Positions 53,701-64,000 of a DNA stretch of 64,000 bases are shown piece after piece. Origin of the DNA: Hydrolagus colliei. Its lineage: Eukaryota. Both the position numbers and the translations under genes were made by a program. The DNA is taken from positions 14,818,001 through 14,882,000 of the forward strand of contig CM068749.1 in the NCBI GenBank assembly GCA_035084275.1, in the 5' to 3' direction. Each line of letters starts with the position of its first letter. The first letter of the stretch is position 1. Below the pieces are notes generated by a model. It ran no database searches and had not been told where the DNA came from. It saw nothing but the letters and a program-made list of their open reading frames with translations.

Positions 53701-55922
53701 GAGATGATTGTGCAATGTGCAAGTTTATTTGTCCGGATTGCAACAAAATCAACAAAAGCTTTACACACCTGGTCTATTGCCAGCCACTTTACAATCGACC
53801 TATGCAGACCTCATAGGTCGATTAAGCTTGATTTCAAAACATTCCTAATATAACTCTTCTACAATATGATCATGCACGCACGCACAACTAAATGTCTCTG
53901 GGAATTACACAGTTAGATAACTCAAATGTTTACAACACATTTCTCAGAACAGTGCACTTTGCTTTATACTGTAAATATATACCTAATTTATAGACACAGT
54001 AACAGGCTGAAACACATTTGTAGTCATTTGCATTTAAAAGGGCTCCCTGAATTGAGCAGGTCCTGTACTTGTTGTCATTGCAGAATGTTTTGAATTCTCC
54101 TAGAAATGAAACAGCCATTGTAACTCATTAACAACATACCTATCCTGGATGCCTTGAATCAATGCATGCCTTATGCTACTTATATAAATATAATCCCACA
54201 TGAATCGAATTGACATAAACGGTCTGACACTTTAATGAGGATGATAGCCTTACAAAAACAAATTATATTTATATACAACAACAAAATATGTATAGTGCCT
54301 TTCGCGCCTGGAACCTTATTTGTGTTTTCAAAACTAGTGGTTGCTCTTTAACAATGTCATAAAAAGAATAAAAGTGGTGAACTATGTACTTTATAAAGTT
54401 TTGCTTTAACTTTTTTCGTTGAGGAAAATCAGCCTCCAGCACCTCTCAGCACTGTCAGTGATCTAAATGGCATATTTTATTCTACATCATTACTCTTTTA
54501 ATCTTTTCTTCTGGCTTTCGAATCAAGCGAGAATGGGTGCAATTTGGTGTCTTAATTATATTCCTTGGTAAGTGTTCCCATCGTGAAAATTTGCATTCTG
54601 TTCAGTATCCTTACACATTCAAGTTAACTTATCTGGTGACTACTGCTAGAAAATACATGTGCCTGAACTCAGGTGAAGATAGGATCAAATTCGGTTGTGA
54701 TGTTGTGAACAATTAAATGGCACATCACCATTCAGTGTCCTAGCCCATTCATGGGGAACATCAAGTTGCTTGCAATTAATACCACTCATGCCACACTATC
54801 ACTGCTGCAGAGTTACAGAGTGGAATGACAGAAATTTGATTCTGCATTCTGCCCATCAATCTCATCCCTATTCTAGGTACAGGGGTTGTATTCACATTGG
54901 CTATTGTCATCACCTTTCTGACTCAACTCTTTTGACTCAAAATTGGGAGCCCAATTTTAAATAAAATAACAAAGCAAATACTTCAGTATGTTAGTCCTAA
55001 CTCATTATTGATTTATTGTCAGTATCCTATTACTAAACCATATTTGCAAATCTGACCATCATTCTAATCGTTTTTGCATTTTTTATTGAATATCCAATGA
55101 ACTGGTATGTAAATCTATTCAATTTACTGAACTGGAAACCATACATATAGTGCTTCAGTTTTCACTTTTCTACATATATTATTAATATTTATATTATACG
55201 CAGTATTTTAAGTGGACTTCTTAACAAGAAAAAAAAAGGTAAATCATAGCAACCTGTAGGAAAGGGAAGTTGTCATTGTGCAAAGAAAGCTTTCCCTCAC
55301 ATACAATCAATCTGTTAACTTGACAAATGTTTCATTGCGAGGAGTCCACACTCGAATTCCTTATTAACGAATATCTTTATATCATCGCCTAGTTGATGCC
55401 CATAGTATATTTGATTATCCGCCCATCATAGTTGATTTAAAGACAACTATTGCCACTTGAAACGATATGGATAGGATTCGTTTTCTTTTATTTACTTTAT
55501 TCACTTATATCAGTTAGAACGTTTCAATCCCTTCCAGTTACTAACAATACAAGATCAAAGATCAGATGGCGCTCCATGGTTTCCCTGTGATCAACGTTGC
55601 GGATCATCAAAACACTGAGGCTTGTGCCTTGCACTAAACAGAACCGGGATATTCTCCCAACCCCCTCGTGTCAAACACTATGAATATGTTCTCACATGCG
55701 AACTTTGTATCACAGTTTCCCTCTCTCCTGTTCTCTGATAGTGAGCAGCCCTTACTCAGTCACACTTGTCCACTGCGTCTGCTCTTGATGTACAGGTCCA
55801 CGTCCCCGTGGGAAACAAGCGCTGTGACAAGCTTGCTAACTCAAAGAAGAGATTAAACCCGCATTCTAGTTGACGATAAACATTTGCAGCTACCCTACTT
55901 ACGCGGGATGTGAGTGACTCAT
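32709..55922 (-). CDS. ERICH3: Glutamate-rich protein 3 (C1orf173), 14 coding exons, about 2036 aa
   Basis: Exons (minus): 55922-55903, 50737-50647, 49875-49750, 49483-49412, 49290-49168, 47301-47137, 46181-45957, 45879-45699, 44798-44612, 43703-43447, 42151-41918, 40241-39699, 37136-36984, 36442-32709 (TGA); 6111 nt, phases consistent. N-terminus [32 protein letters not shown], conserved domain [14 protein letters not shown]...[24 protein letters not shown]...[15 protein letters not shown] and Glu-rich C-terminal exon match ERICH3. Confidence 0.95.
37693..38006 (-). mobile_element. tRNA-derived SINE (family A)
   Basis: Tail ATAATAATAACAATCCTTG, core GGCAGCCAATTGCACACAGCAGTGTCCCACAAACAG, tRNA-like head ending CCACTGAGGTACAGGACTC. 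Confidence 0.88.
40344..40575. mobile_element. Two oppositely oriented SINE tail fragments
   Basis: Minus-strand fragment about 40344-40470 and plus-strand fragment about 40503-40575 share the family A tail. Confidence 0.65.
46836..46868. repeat. (TA)n microsatellite
   Basis: Interrupted TA run. Confidence 0.85.
47352..47706 (+). mobile_element. L2-clade LINE 3' end
   Basis: Translates to [33 protein letters not shown] (typical L2 ORF2 C-terminus), then tail GTGAAAGGCCCTATACAAATGTAATTTTATTGTTATTGTT. Confidence 0.8.
48278..48575 (+). mobile_element. tRNA-derived SINE (family A)
   Basis: Head GGACTCCTGTAGCTCAATGGTTGGAGCAC...GGTTTGATTCCC, same core and (ATT)n tail. Confidence 0.88.
50042..50180 (-). 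mobile_element. CR1-type LINE 3' tail (second shorter copy at about 7157-7208)
   Basis: ATCATTGAATCATAGAA...GGAGGCCATCTGGTCCAT...TGTGCCGGC, resembling the CATAGAAT microsatellite-ended CR1 3' ends. Confidence 0.6.
50537..50553. repeat. (CA)n microsatellite
   Basis: CACACACACACACACA run. Confidence 0.8.
52626..52995 (-). mobile_element. tRNA-derived SINE (family A)
   Basis: Near full-length reverse copy with same tail, core and head. Confidence 0.88.
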
Positions 55923-56189
55923 TTTCTTAAGGCGTTTGTCTTTCCTCCTCCCTCCTCTCTGTCTGTCTTGCCTCCTTGTTGTTGTGCAATGAAAGCTTTT
56001 CCTCCGAGACCCGACCAATGTATTCAAATTGTCTTGTTGCTTTGGGTGGCAGAGAAGAGGTATTGACAATGAACAGTGAAGTGCAGGTGGCCGAGATGAG
56101 CTGAATGGACCGAGCTGGGCTCACATTCTAAAGGCGGTGACTGACAGCGCAGGGGAGACTGATCTGAGGCTGCGCAGCTTCACTTCGCA

Positions 56190-56335
56190 ACATTGTTGCT
56201 AAGGGGACGTGATGGGACGGCCGCTGGTCACGTGATCACTCGCCACAGCCAATCAATTTGCCCCACTTGCCTGGCGTCCCGCCCTCTCTCCATTTGTTTG
56301 CTTGTGATCTGTCCACCTTGAGGGGGCGGGGCATA
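56190..56335 (-). promoter_or_regulatory. ERICH3 proximal promoter (X-box-like, E-box, CCAAT, GC boxes)
   Basis: Locally CpG-richer segment about 270-410 bp upstream of the ATG: GTTGCTAAGGGGAC (56195-56208, RFX X-box-like), CACGTG (56229-56234), CCAAT (56249-56253), TCCCGCCC (56277-56284), GGGGCGGGGC (56323-56332). Confidence 0.65.
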
Positions 56336-57044
56336 TTATTATCATCAGCTGGTGAGTGCTGCAGAGCAGGGACTTGCACAATGCAGTGTAGCGTACCAGC
56401 CAGGAATCTCACTACATCAAATGATCACTGCTTATTTTTTCAGTTGAAAATGGGAAGGACTATTCGTGTTTAGTCAGCTGTCTCTGCCGAGACCCACTAG
56501 CATGTCTGAATCTTCCTGAATTAAACATATTGTATGTTGATTTCCTGTTTTTCACTGCTTCTCCCAAATGGGACCAAATCTTTTTGTACTGTTCAGCTAT
56601 GGGGGAATCTTCGGAGAAAAGAAAGCTTTTGAAAATGCCATCTTTGAAGCTGTCCATTGATTGCTAAGTTTTTTATTTTTAATCAAAACTAATAATCTAA
56701 TTTGGATTTTGCTAAATTCTGCAATTATGAAACTCATCTCGACTTTAATAATCAACAAACACTAAATTCAATAAGATACACTCAAGCAAAAATATTAATA
56801 TATTATAATGTCATTGAGAAGAATAAAGGGTAAAGCTTGTTTTTTTAAAAAAAACTTTTGACAATGAAGATGAACCCTAATAGTCATTTCACACAATTTG
56901 TAAATTCAGATTTTTTTTTAACTATGCTTGACAAGCAAACACAATTACTTGTTATTCCCCAGGATTCCCACCAATGATTCTTAAATTTTAAAATGATGAA
57001 ACGTGTTTCTATATGCTTTCACTCAGAGGTTCGAGTGTCCTCTA

Positions 57045-57104
57045 AAACAGCCTATAACTTATTTATCTACACAGGTAACGCAAGTGAAATTTTACACCAA
57101 AGCT
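57045..57104 (+). repeat. 60-bp dispersed direct repeat, copy 1 (copy 2 at 60956-61015)
   Basis: AAACAGCCTATAACTTATTTATCTAC...GCAAGTGAAATTTTACACC..AGCT; 54/60 identical between copies. Confidence 0.85.
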
Positions 57105-57415
57105 CACAATAAATAAGACCTACCACATTACAGTTACAAAGATCAATAACCTACTCAATGAGGGCAATGTTATTTTTTCTTTCTCTTCTGTTTAAGATCA
57201 GAGTTCTCCTTATTAATCTATTGAATAACACAGGATTTTATGCATGTTATTATATTATTCCCCAGATAATTATCCAATCTTATGTGTGTGCGGCGTGTAA
57301 CGGATCATATCTATCAATACATATTTTAGAAATTGAGTTACCATTAATAAATAAACCCAAGACAACATAGTATTTTAGATTTTATATATATTTCAACAAT
57401 TTTTTCTAAAACAAT

Positions 57416-57421
57416 TTTATT
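57416..57421 (-). terminator. Candidate CRYZ polyadenylation signal
   Basis: AATAAA on minus strand about 220 nt after the CRYZ stop, followed by T/GT-rich sequence. Confidence 0.55.
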
Positions 57422-57638
57422 AATATACTCTTGTCCAACTTTACTGAATTACAGTATATCCATATTCAATACAATCATGCCACAACTGCAGAAGGCATCC
57501 ATGATTTGTCAATATTTGGCAGAATATAAAATTTGTGCATTTCTGATTGTGAGGAATTTTCAGATTGTTGTGATTATAAGATAATTTGAGTCATATTCAA
57601 CAGCGAGTTCATTATTTTCTCCCTGTAGGACAAAGAGT

Positions 57639-60600
57639 TCACATTACAAGAACCATTTTTCCAGTAGCTCCATGGGAGTTAATAATATCTTCATGAGCCT
57701 GTGCCACTTTCTCTAGTGGATATTCATGACCAATGAATGGTTTTAGCCAACCAGCTTCAATTCCAGCAAGAAGTGCAGCAGCAGACTCCTGGAGATTCTC
57801 CTGCAAAACAGAAAGACTAAAGAATTGACCTATTGGTTACAATAACATCTCATCAAATTCTAAATAGAAGACTGCTATTTCTATGTTTTTGTGTCTATAA
57901 ACAGATACATCTTATGAATATTGGACATTACTATCCTCATATATTGAACTTTTTGGGACAAAAATCACCCAAATCTCCAATGCTCCATGTGTAATATATC
58001 TCATAATCATAGGATTAATTAACTTGCACATTCTTACATCATGCTGTCTATTTTTCCACAGCACAAACATCTGCAGAAATCATGGCCATGGGTAACCTTT
58101 ACATCAAATGAGCAAATCCAAATTGTGCTTAAAGTCTTATACAAATAGGAAGAAGGTAAGGGCCAAAACACAAAAGGAGCATTTCAGCCTGAAGTTCATT
58201 TCATGGTTTATTGCCTTATGTAAGTTTTTTGACTTCTGTTGTTATAAATAATAATGTTTCTAGGTCATTGAATCCGGTTTAAGTAGATGGTTGATCCAAA
58301 ATAAAACTGACTTGATTGAATAGTTGATCAATAACTATTCAGACTGATTCAGCATGGAAAATATTCACATGTTTGTCACCTTTTATTTTGGAAACACTTT
58401 TGATAAGCCTCTCTAAAAAAAAAAGAAAATTGAAAATGGTTAACATGTCAAGTAGAAAAAAGCACCAAGGCTATTTGGTTGTGCTTCTTCAAGCATGACT
58501 AAAGTCTCATCACAAAATAAACGGAATGTTTTGCCTCTCAAAAATATACAATGTAAAGAAGAAAAGAATAGGAAAATAGCCTGGGAATACCCTGACTACT
58601 GCACCCTGCACTACTCGAACATGCCTTCTGGTAGACTTGATGGTCCTGTTTTTAATGAGGATGAAAATTACAAATGGAAAAAAGGAGACCAAAAGCAATA
58701 TGTAATTGGAGCAATTTTGGAATATAATTTTGAAACTACCATTCTTACCTTGGTTGAATTAAATAAAGCCATGCCAATGATGCTGGACTCTTTGGCCATA
58801 GTATCTCTGGGATTTATTTCAATGGAACCTCTGCTACCAACAATCTACAAATTAAAAGGAAAATTCACAGAAAATGTAGTTGAGAAAAAAGATAAATACT
58901 ATCACTATTAGTATGATGATGATGTTTAAGAAGTGCTTTATCATAAAATTATTTCAATGTGTTGATCACGTTACTTACAATCACCCTGCCATGGTTTGAA
59001 ATAAGTTGCAAATCATTGCTCAGATTTATATTGGCCATCATTTCTATGATTATATTTACTCCTTGAGCACCTGTATATTCCTGAAAAAAAATCAAGCAAA
59101 GATTAATTCCCCAACCAATAAGTTTAAGAGGCTGAGCATTGTGTAATCCAACATGGAAATCAATTATTTATGAAGCACCAACCAAATAAACAACAATATT
59201 ACATTTATATACTGTAGCACCTTTCATGTCGGGAAGATGTCCCAAGGTGCTGAACAGTCAGGTCGGGTCCAGAGCAGGGGGGGAGGGGTGGGGTTAGAGG
59301 GAAGGAGAGTAGGAGAATTGACAGTATATTTGTGGACGAAACACGGCAGCCAATTGTGCACAGTAGTGTCCCACAAACAGTCGTGGAAGTGGGGTTAGGG
59401 GAGAAAGGGGGAAAAGAGGGTAAGGGGAAGAGGGAGGGAAAGGTGGGGTGGGGTAAAGTCAGGAAGGAAAAGGGGGAAGAAAGGGGGACGAGGGGGGAGA
59501 GGGAGGGAAAGGTGGGGGGGTGGTTAAAATGGGTTTCAGAGAGAAATGGGGGACATAGTACCATACAGACATAGCAGCTGCTGAATGCTAGTACGGTGAT
59601 AAATAAATACTAAATCCTTAAAAAGCAGCCTTGACATAGGTTGACAAGGAGTACACCGACTGAACCAAACTCCTCATCACAAGTAAAGTTATCTAGTACA
59701 GTACTGCACAACATTCTGCTTCATTCACAATGCACAAGGTTGCACATCACATATGTGACTTCTAATTTGAAACCGCATTACCACACTGATATGAATGCTG
59801 CTTATGCACAAGAAATGATTCTGTACGTTACTGATATCTGGGATGTAATATAAACCTAGATTGATACCTATGAAAAAGTTAAGCACACATGCATAAATGC
59901 TTATGTCATAAACAAAGAATTTAATGGAGATCTGTTGAAAATAACTGAAACTTTAGGGGGCAAAATTGGTGGTCCGCATATATTGTTAGTTTTCCTCAAT
60001 AGCATATTTGCATGGAAGCTCATTTCTGCAGTAATTGTAATCCTCTGGCTATGTCAGGATCAGACACATGCTACATAATTCAATGGTATCCACACCCATA
60101 AATGTCTCAAAAATGTAATAAATTCATTAAAAATTTAAATATGTAACCAGATTATTTCATACCTTAATCTTATCAATATATCCAGACTCTCTGTGATTGA
60201 AGGTCTTGGAAGCACCATTCTTTTCAACTATAGCCAGTCCATCCTGAGTCCCAGCGGTACCAAGCACCTTTAAGCCAAATGCTCTAGCAATCTGGCATGT
60301 TGCTACACCAACCTGAAAATTAACATGATGAATGCATTTTATCTTTATCAATAGGTTGCATAAACAATTACAATTACAGTTGCAAGCAAATGTCTAGAAC
60401 CCTTTCAACCCTAATTACTTTCTGCTTCATAATCCATTCTGATTCAAACAAAATGTTTACACATTTATGCAAAGCAGGAAATTGGTATTTAATGTGTCTG
60501 TGTTTTCACTATTAAAAACCTTTTAGCTTCCTTGTCCCAAATGCTATAGTATATATATATATTGATAATATATTAAGTGTAACATTCAGATATCTATCTC

Positions 60601-62413
60601 ATTAAACTCTGTAAAAATGTGTTCTCTTCTATCTTAGTCAATATTTAATCACTTCAATCCACGACAGTTTGTGGGACACTGCTGTGCATAATTGGCTGCC
60701 ATGTTTCACCCATAAAATATAGTCAATTCACTTTACAGTAAATTCTGGGAAGTGTTTTGAGACGTCTCAAAGACTTGATAAAGCAGTATATCAAATGAAA
60801 TGATTATTACTGTTATATTTAAATACTAATTTTGATTTCAGTTTGGATTCTAGCTGTGTAATCAAAACAGAATCATTTTGTAACATAACACATGCTTCCA
60901 TAATTGTTCTTTACTCAGTAGAAAATTGGTACGTACAAGATGTTAGTGCACTCCCAAACAGCCTATAACTTATTTATCTACGCAAGTGATGCAAGTGAAA
61001 TTTTACACCTCAGCTTTCTAACAACTCCATTCGCTGTACCGTTCCATAAATACAGCAGATTTCAGTCATCACAGAAGCGATAGCAAACCCAGAATTATAA
61101 TCTTACCCCTCCACTTGCTCCATGAACCAGCACACTTTCTCCTGGTTTTGCATTTGCTCTAAACCAGAAAGAGGTGCAAATGAAAGCATTGCCTAATTGG
61201 GCTTATTCCATAACAATGGAAATATTCAGTGGATTATAAAACAAATCAATGACCACAAACATATACCACCAAATCATTAAGCGATTTAATACATTTGCAT
61301 TAGAATTTCTTCTTATTTAACAATAATTCTGAATCGTAGCACCTTTCTTGAAAAAAAAGCTCACAATGTCTTACTTGTGGAAGAGAGCACGATGTGCAGT
61401 GAAGTACGCAATTCCTATTGCTGCTCCTTGCTTGTAGTTTAGGGCATTGGACAAGGGGTAAACTGAGTCATCTGAAGCAACTGCATACTCTGCATATCCA
61501 CCAGTGATGGTTCTACTTGTAAAGACACGATCACCTTTCTCTCAGAGAATAAAGATGCATTGTCATTAACTGAGTTTAACATTATGTACAAATAGATTTT
61601 CACACCATTTTAAAAAGCTGGACACTTTCAAGAAGTTTTTCTCAATAACTTGTCAGAGAACCAATGCCAGTCACATCAGTCCATATAAGAGAGCTTTTCA
61701 GATTAATGTCTCAAAGGGCTCAATTACAAATAGAACACATTAAATTGGACAAAAAAATGAACGTTTCATATGCCAAAAACACATCTTGACAGATTCCATT
61801 TTGGTGAAATTCTCCAATCTATCTTTAAATATAGTTTAATCTCGAATAAGACCTATTCTATTATCAATCTTTTGGATCATCATAAAATGGAACTAATTAC
61901 CTTAAATTTAGTTACATATTCTCCCACTTGTTCCACAACTCCAGCGACTTCATTGCCCGGTGTCCAGGGCAAAGTGGGCTTCCGAGCATAAGTCCCAGAA
62001 CGAATATATGTTTCAACTGGATTTACCCCACAAGCAACAACTTTGATTAGAACCTAAATGGAAAAACACATTCTTCATAGTTGTCCGATCAGTAATGTAA
62101 CCAAAACTTCTACTGGTCCAGAACTATTTGAGATCTCCAGCTAGAATCAGCAAACTGGATTGGTTTACTTTATTATCATATTAACTTGGGTCTGGATTTG
62201 TGCCCTCCTATCATGCATGAAGAATGGCTCCCCTAATCAATTGCAGAATAGTTACTTACCCTATCATTTTTCAGTTTAAAAAGCTGGATGTACCTGATTT
62301 TCCATTGGGTTAGGAATAGGAGTATCAGATTGTAACTTGAGGACTGCTGGTCCTCCAAACTCTGAAACTCGAACAGCCCGCATTAATAATCCAGTTGATC
62401 TCCCAGAAGCCAT
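57639..62413 (-). CDS. CRYZ: Quinone oxidoreductase / zeta-crystallin (NADPH-dependent MDR family), 332 aa
   Basis: Exons (minus): 62413-62294, 62053-61901, 61538-61375, 61158-61107, 60312-60163, 59080-58979, 58844-58749, 57800-57639 (TGA); 999 nt. [35 protein letters not shown] nucleotide-binding motif, [26 protein letters not shown]. An acceptor at 62420 just before the ATG implies a non-coding exon 1 further right. Confidence 0.96.
59190..59525 (-). mobile_element. L2-type tail with G/A-rich tract and embedded SINE core fragment
   Basis: L2 tail 59190-59275, G-rich tract, SINE family A core about 59316-59387, G-rich tract resumes. Confidence 0.7.
60645..60812 (+). mobile_element. 5'-truncated SINE (family A core and tail)
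   Basis: TTCAATCCACGACAGTTTGTGGGACACTGCTGTG...GTCAATTCACTTTACAGTA...TCAAATGAAATGATTATT. Confidence 0.8.
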
Positions 62414-63138
62414 GGCAATCTAAAATGAAATCAAATAATTGCAGTTTTTGATTGATTAATTTCACTGTATTCTCCTTGGTGTATTGCCTATTTCAATAAC
62501 AAATATATGTTTCTACTTTTTGAATTACATTTGTGTCAAGGATAATAAAAAAAAGTGCAACTGTATAATTTATGTAAAATACAATGATCCGAATTCCGAG
62601 CTGAAATAACTCATTGCAAGATTCAATAAATCAGTGGATAAATTGTTTGTTGGATTTAAATGTTATGAAACAATAATAATGATAAATGTATTTAAAATAG
62701 CTCTTTCAAGTCTACATAATACAGCACAATGGTTTATGCAATATAGATAAATAATAAAGCATTTGATATAGCATTCTTCATTTCTGGAGGACCTCTCAAA
62801 ATACTACACAGGATTTCTTGTATTTTATAGGCAAACAAACATGTAAAAGAAATCAGCTAAATTTTTTAAAATATGTATGGATCGATTGGTCTGAATAATA
62901 TTCAAGATTTTTCATTATTCTTGGGGATTGGGAGTTTTACCTGTTTATTACCTGCTGAGGCAAAAAAAAAAAGGGTGGTGGGCGTATCAGGGAACATATT
63001 TGTAGAACTTTCCTTTGATTACCTAAGTGATATAAATCCTTAATAGCTTTCTTATGGTAAACTTTTTTTGGGGAAATCCTATGTGTTGAGCTCTCTGGCA
63101 GATTGTGTTTCCCAATGATTGGGTAAAGGAGTCTATTC

Positions 63139-63348
63139 GGGGGCACTCGATAGTCCGAAGGTTCGATAGCCCGAACACACAAATTTCCTATACCCGGGGC
63201 GGTTACCGTGGTTACCGCTCGATAGTCCGAAAATAAGGTTTGTTTAATCCGAACATTTGGTGCGATAGTCTGAAGGTTCATTAGTCCAAATGTTAGGGTT
63301 AGAGGAAGCTTCGGACTAACGAACCTTCGGACTATCGAGCTGTAACCG
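63139..63348. mobile_element. Non-autonomous DNA element with subterminal inverted repeats
   Basis: 30-bp inverted repeat 63146-63175 vs 63310-63339 (2 mismatches), internal repeats of CGATAGTCCGAA, CpG-rich relative to flanks. Confidence 0.75.
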
Positions 63349-63388
63349 TCTTATTCGCACCCCTCCTCTAGAGTGTCCAAAGGATGTA

Positions 63389-63731
63389 TATAATAATAAT
63401 CAGCATGGTATTTGATTTGGCACTTTATCACGTCTTCGAGACATCTCAAAATGCATCACAGAAATATACTGCAGAGTAAATTAACCGTATATTTTGTGGG
63501 CGAAACGCGGCAGCCAATTGGACACAGCAGCGTCCCACAAACAGTGGTGGATTGAGTGACACTTTTTCTTAAAAAAGAATAGTGATCCGCCAATCGACTA
63601 ACAACCAGGTTCCTGCTACTTACAGCTAGGTAACAAGAGACATGTGAAATACAGAGACTTGCTCAATGTTTCGCCCTGTCTGGAATCGAACCCCGCACCC
63701 CCGTTCTCTAACCACTGAGCTACAGGGATCC
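63389..63731 (-). mobile_element. tRNA-derived SINE (family A)
   Basis: Near full-length reverse copy ending ACCACTGAGCTACAGGGATC. Confidence 0.88.
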
Positions 63732-64000
63732 ACCCAGAAGGGATATAATCTTTATTACAGGTGGCACCATCCCATCTCATGGCCCAAACTGCAACCAAAC
63801 CTCTGCATTCGCTCTCAGGCAAGGTTTGGTTTGACAAGAATTTAGGCCATTGCAACATTTCACATCTGTTCGTTCCTCCTCCTCCCTCCCCTCCCTCCTC
63901 CTCTCTCCTCCCTTTCTCGGAAGGGGGATCTCCCCAACCTTTGATTAAAAGCGATGAATCACAACTTAACCATATCACACTGTGGTGTAGAAGAGGGAAA

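Noticed and set aside
58495-58911. 138-aa plus-strand ORF
   Set aside because: Antisense to a CRYZ exon and intron, no recognisable domain; likely chance.

Overview
Eukaryotic (vertebrate) genomic DNA, AT-rich with short introns. The repeat families (tRNA-headed SINEs, Deu-domain SINEs, L2 and CR1 LINE 3' ends) suggest a cartilaginous fish such as a chimaera; this is inference. Four spliced genes reproduce the human 1p31 gene order: the 3' part of TNNI3K (+, 20 coding exons, 294-26117), LRRC53 (-) nested antisense in one TNNI3K intron, a complete ERICH3 (-, 55922-32709) and the complete CDS of CRYZ (-, 62413-57639). All exon boundaries were read by eye as GT-AG with consistent phases. I see no prokaryote-type system and cannot support a claim of a wholly new biological system. 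The best leads are: (1) the giant ERICH3 exon is a frame-symmetric cassette whose stop lies 19 nt before a splice donor, with an in-frame coding continuation in the next exon; (2) a triplicated ~86-bp spaced module with X-box-like motifs upstream of LRRC53; (3) a hidden 45-aa repeat in ERICH3; (4) a signal-peptide-like LRRC53 N-terminus; (5) two MITE-like elements and several candidate enhancers.
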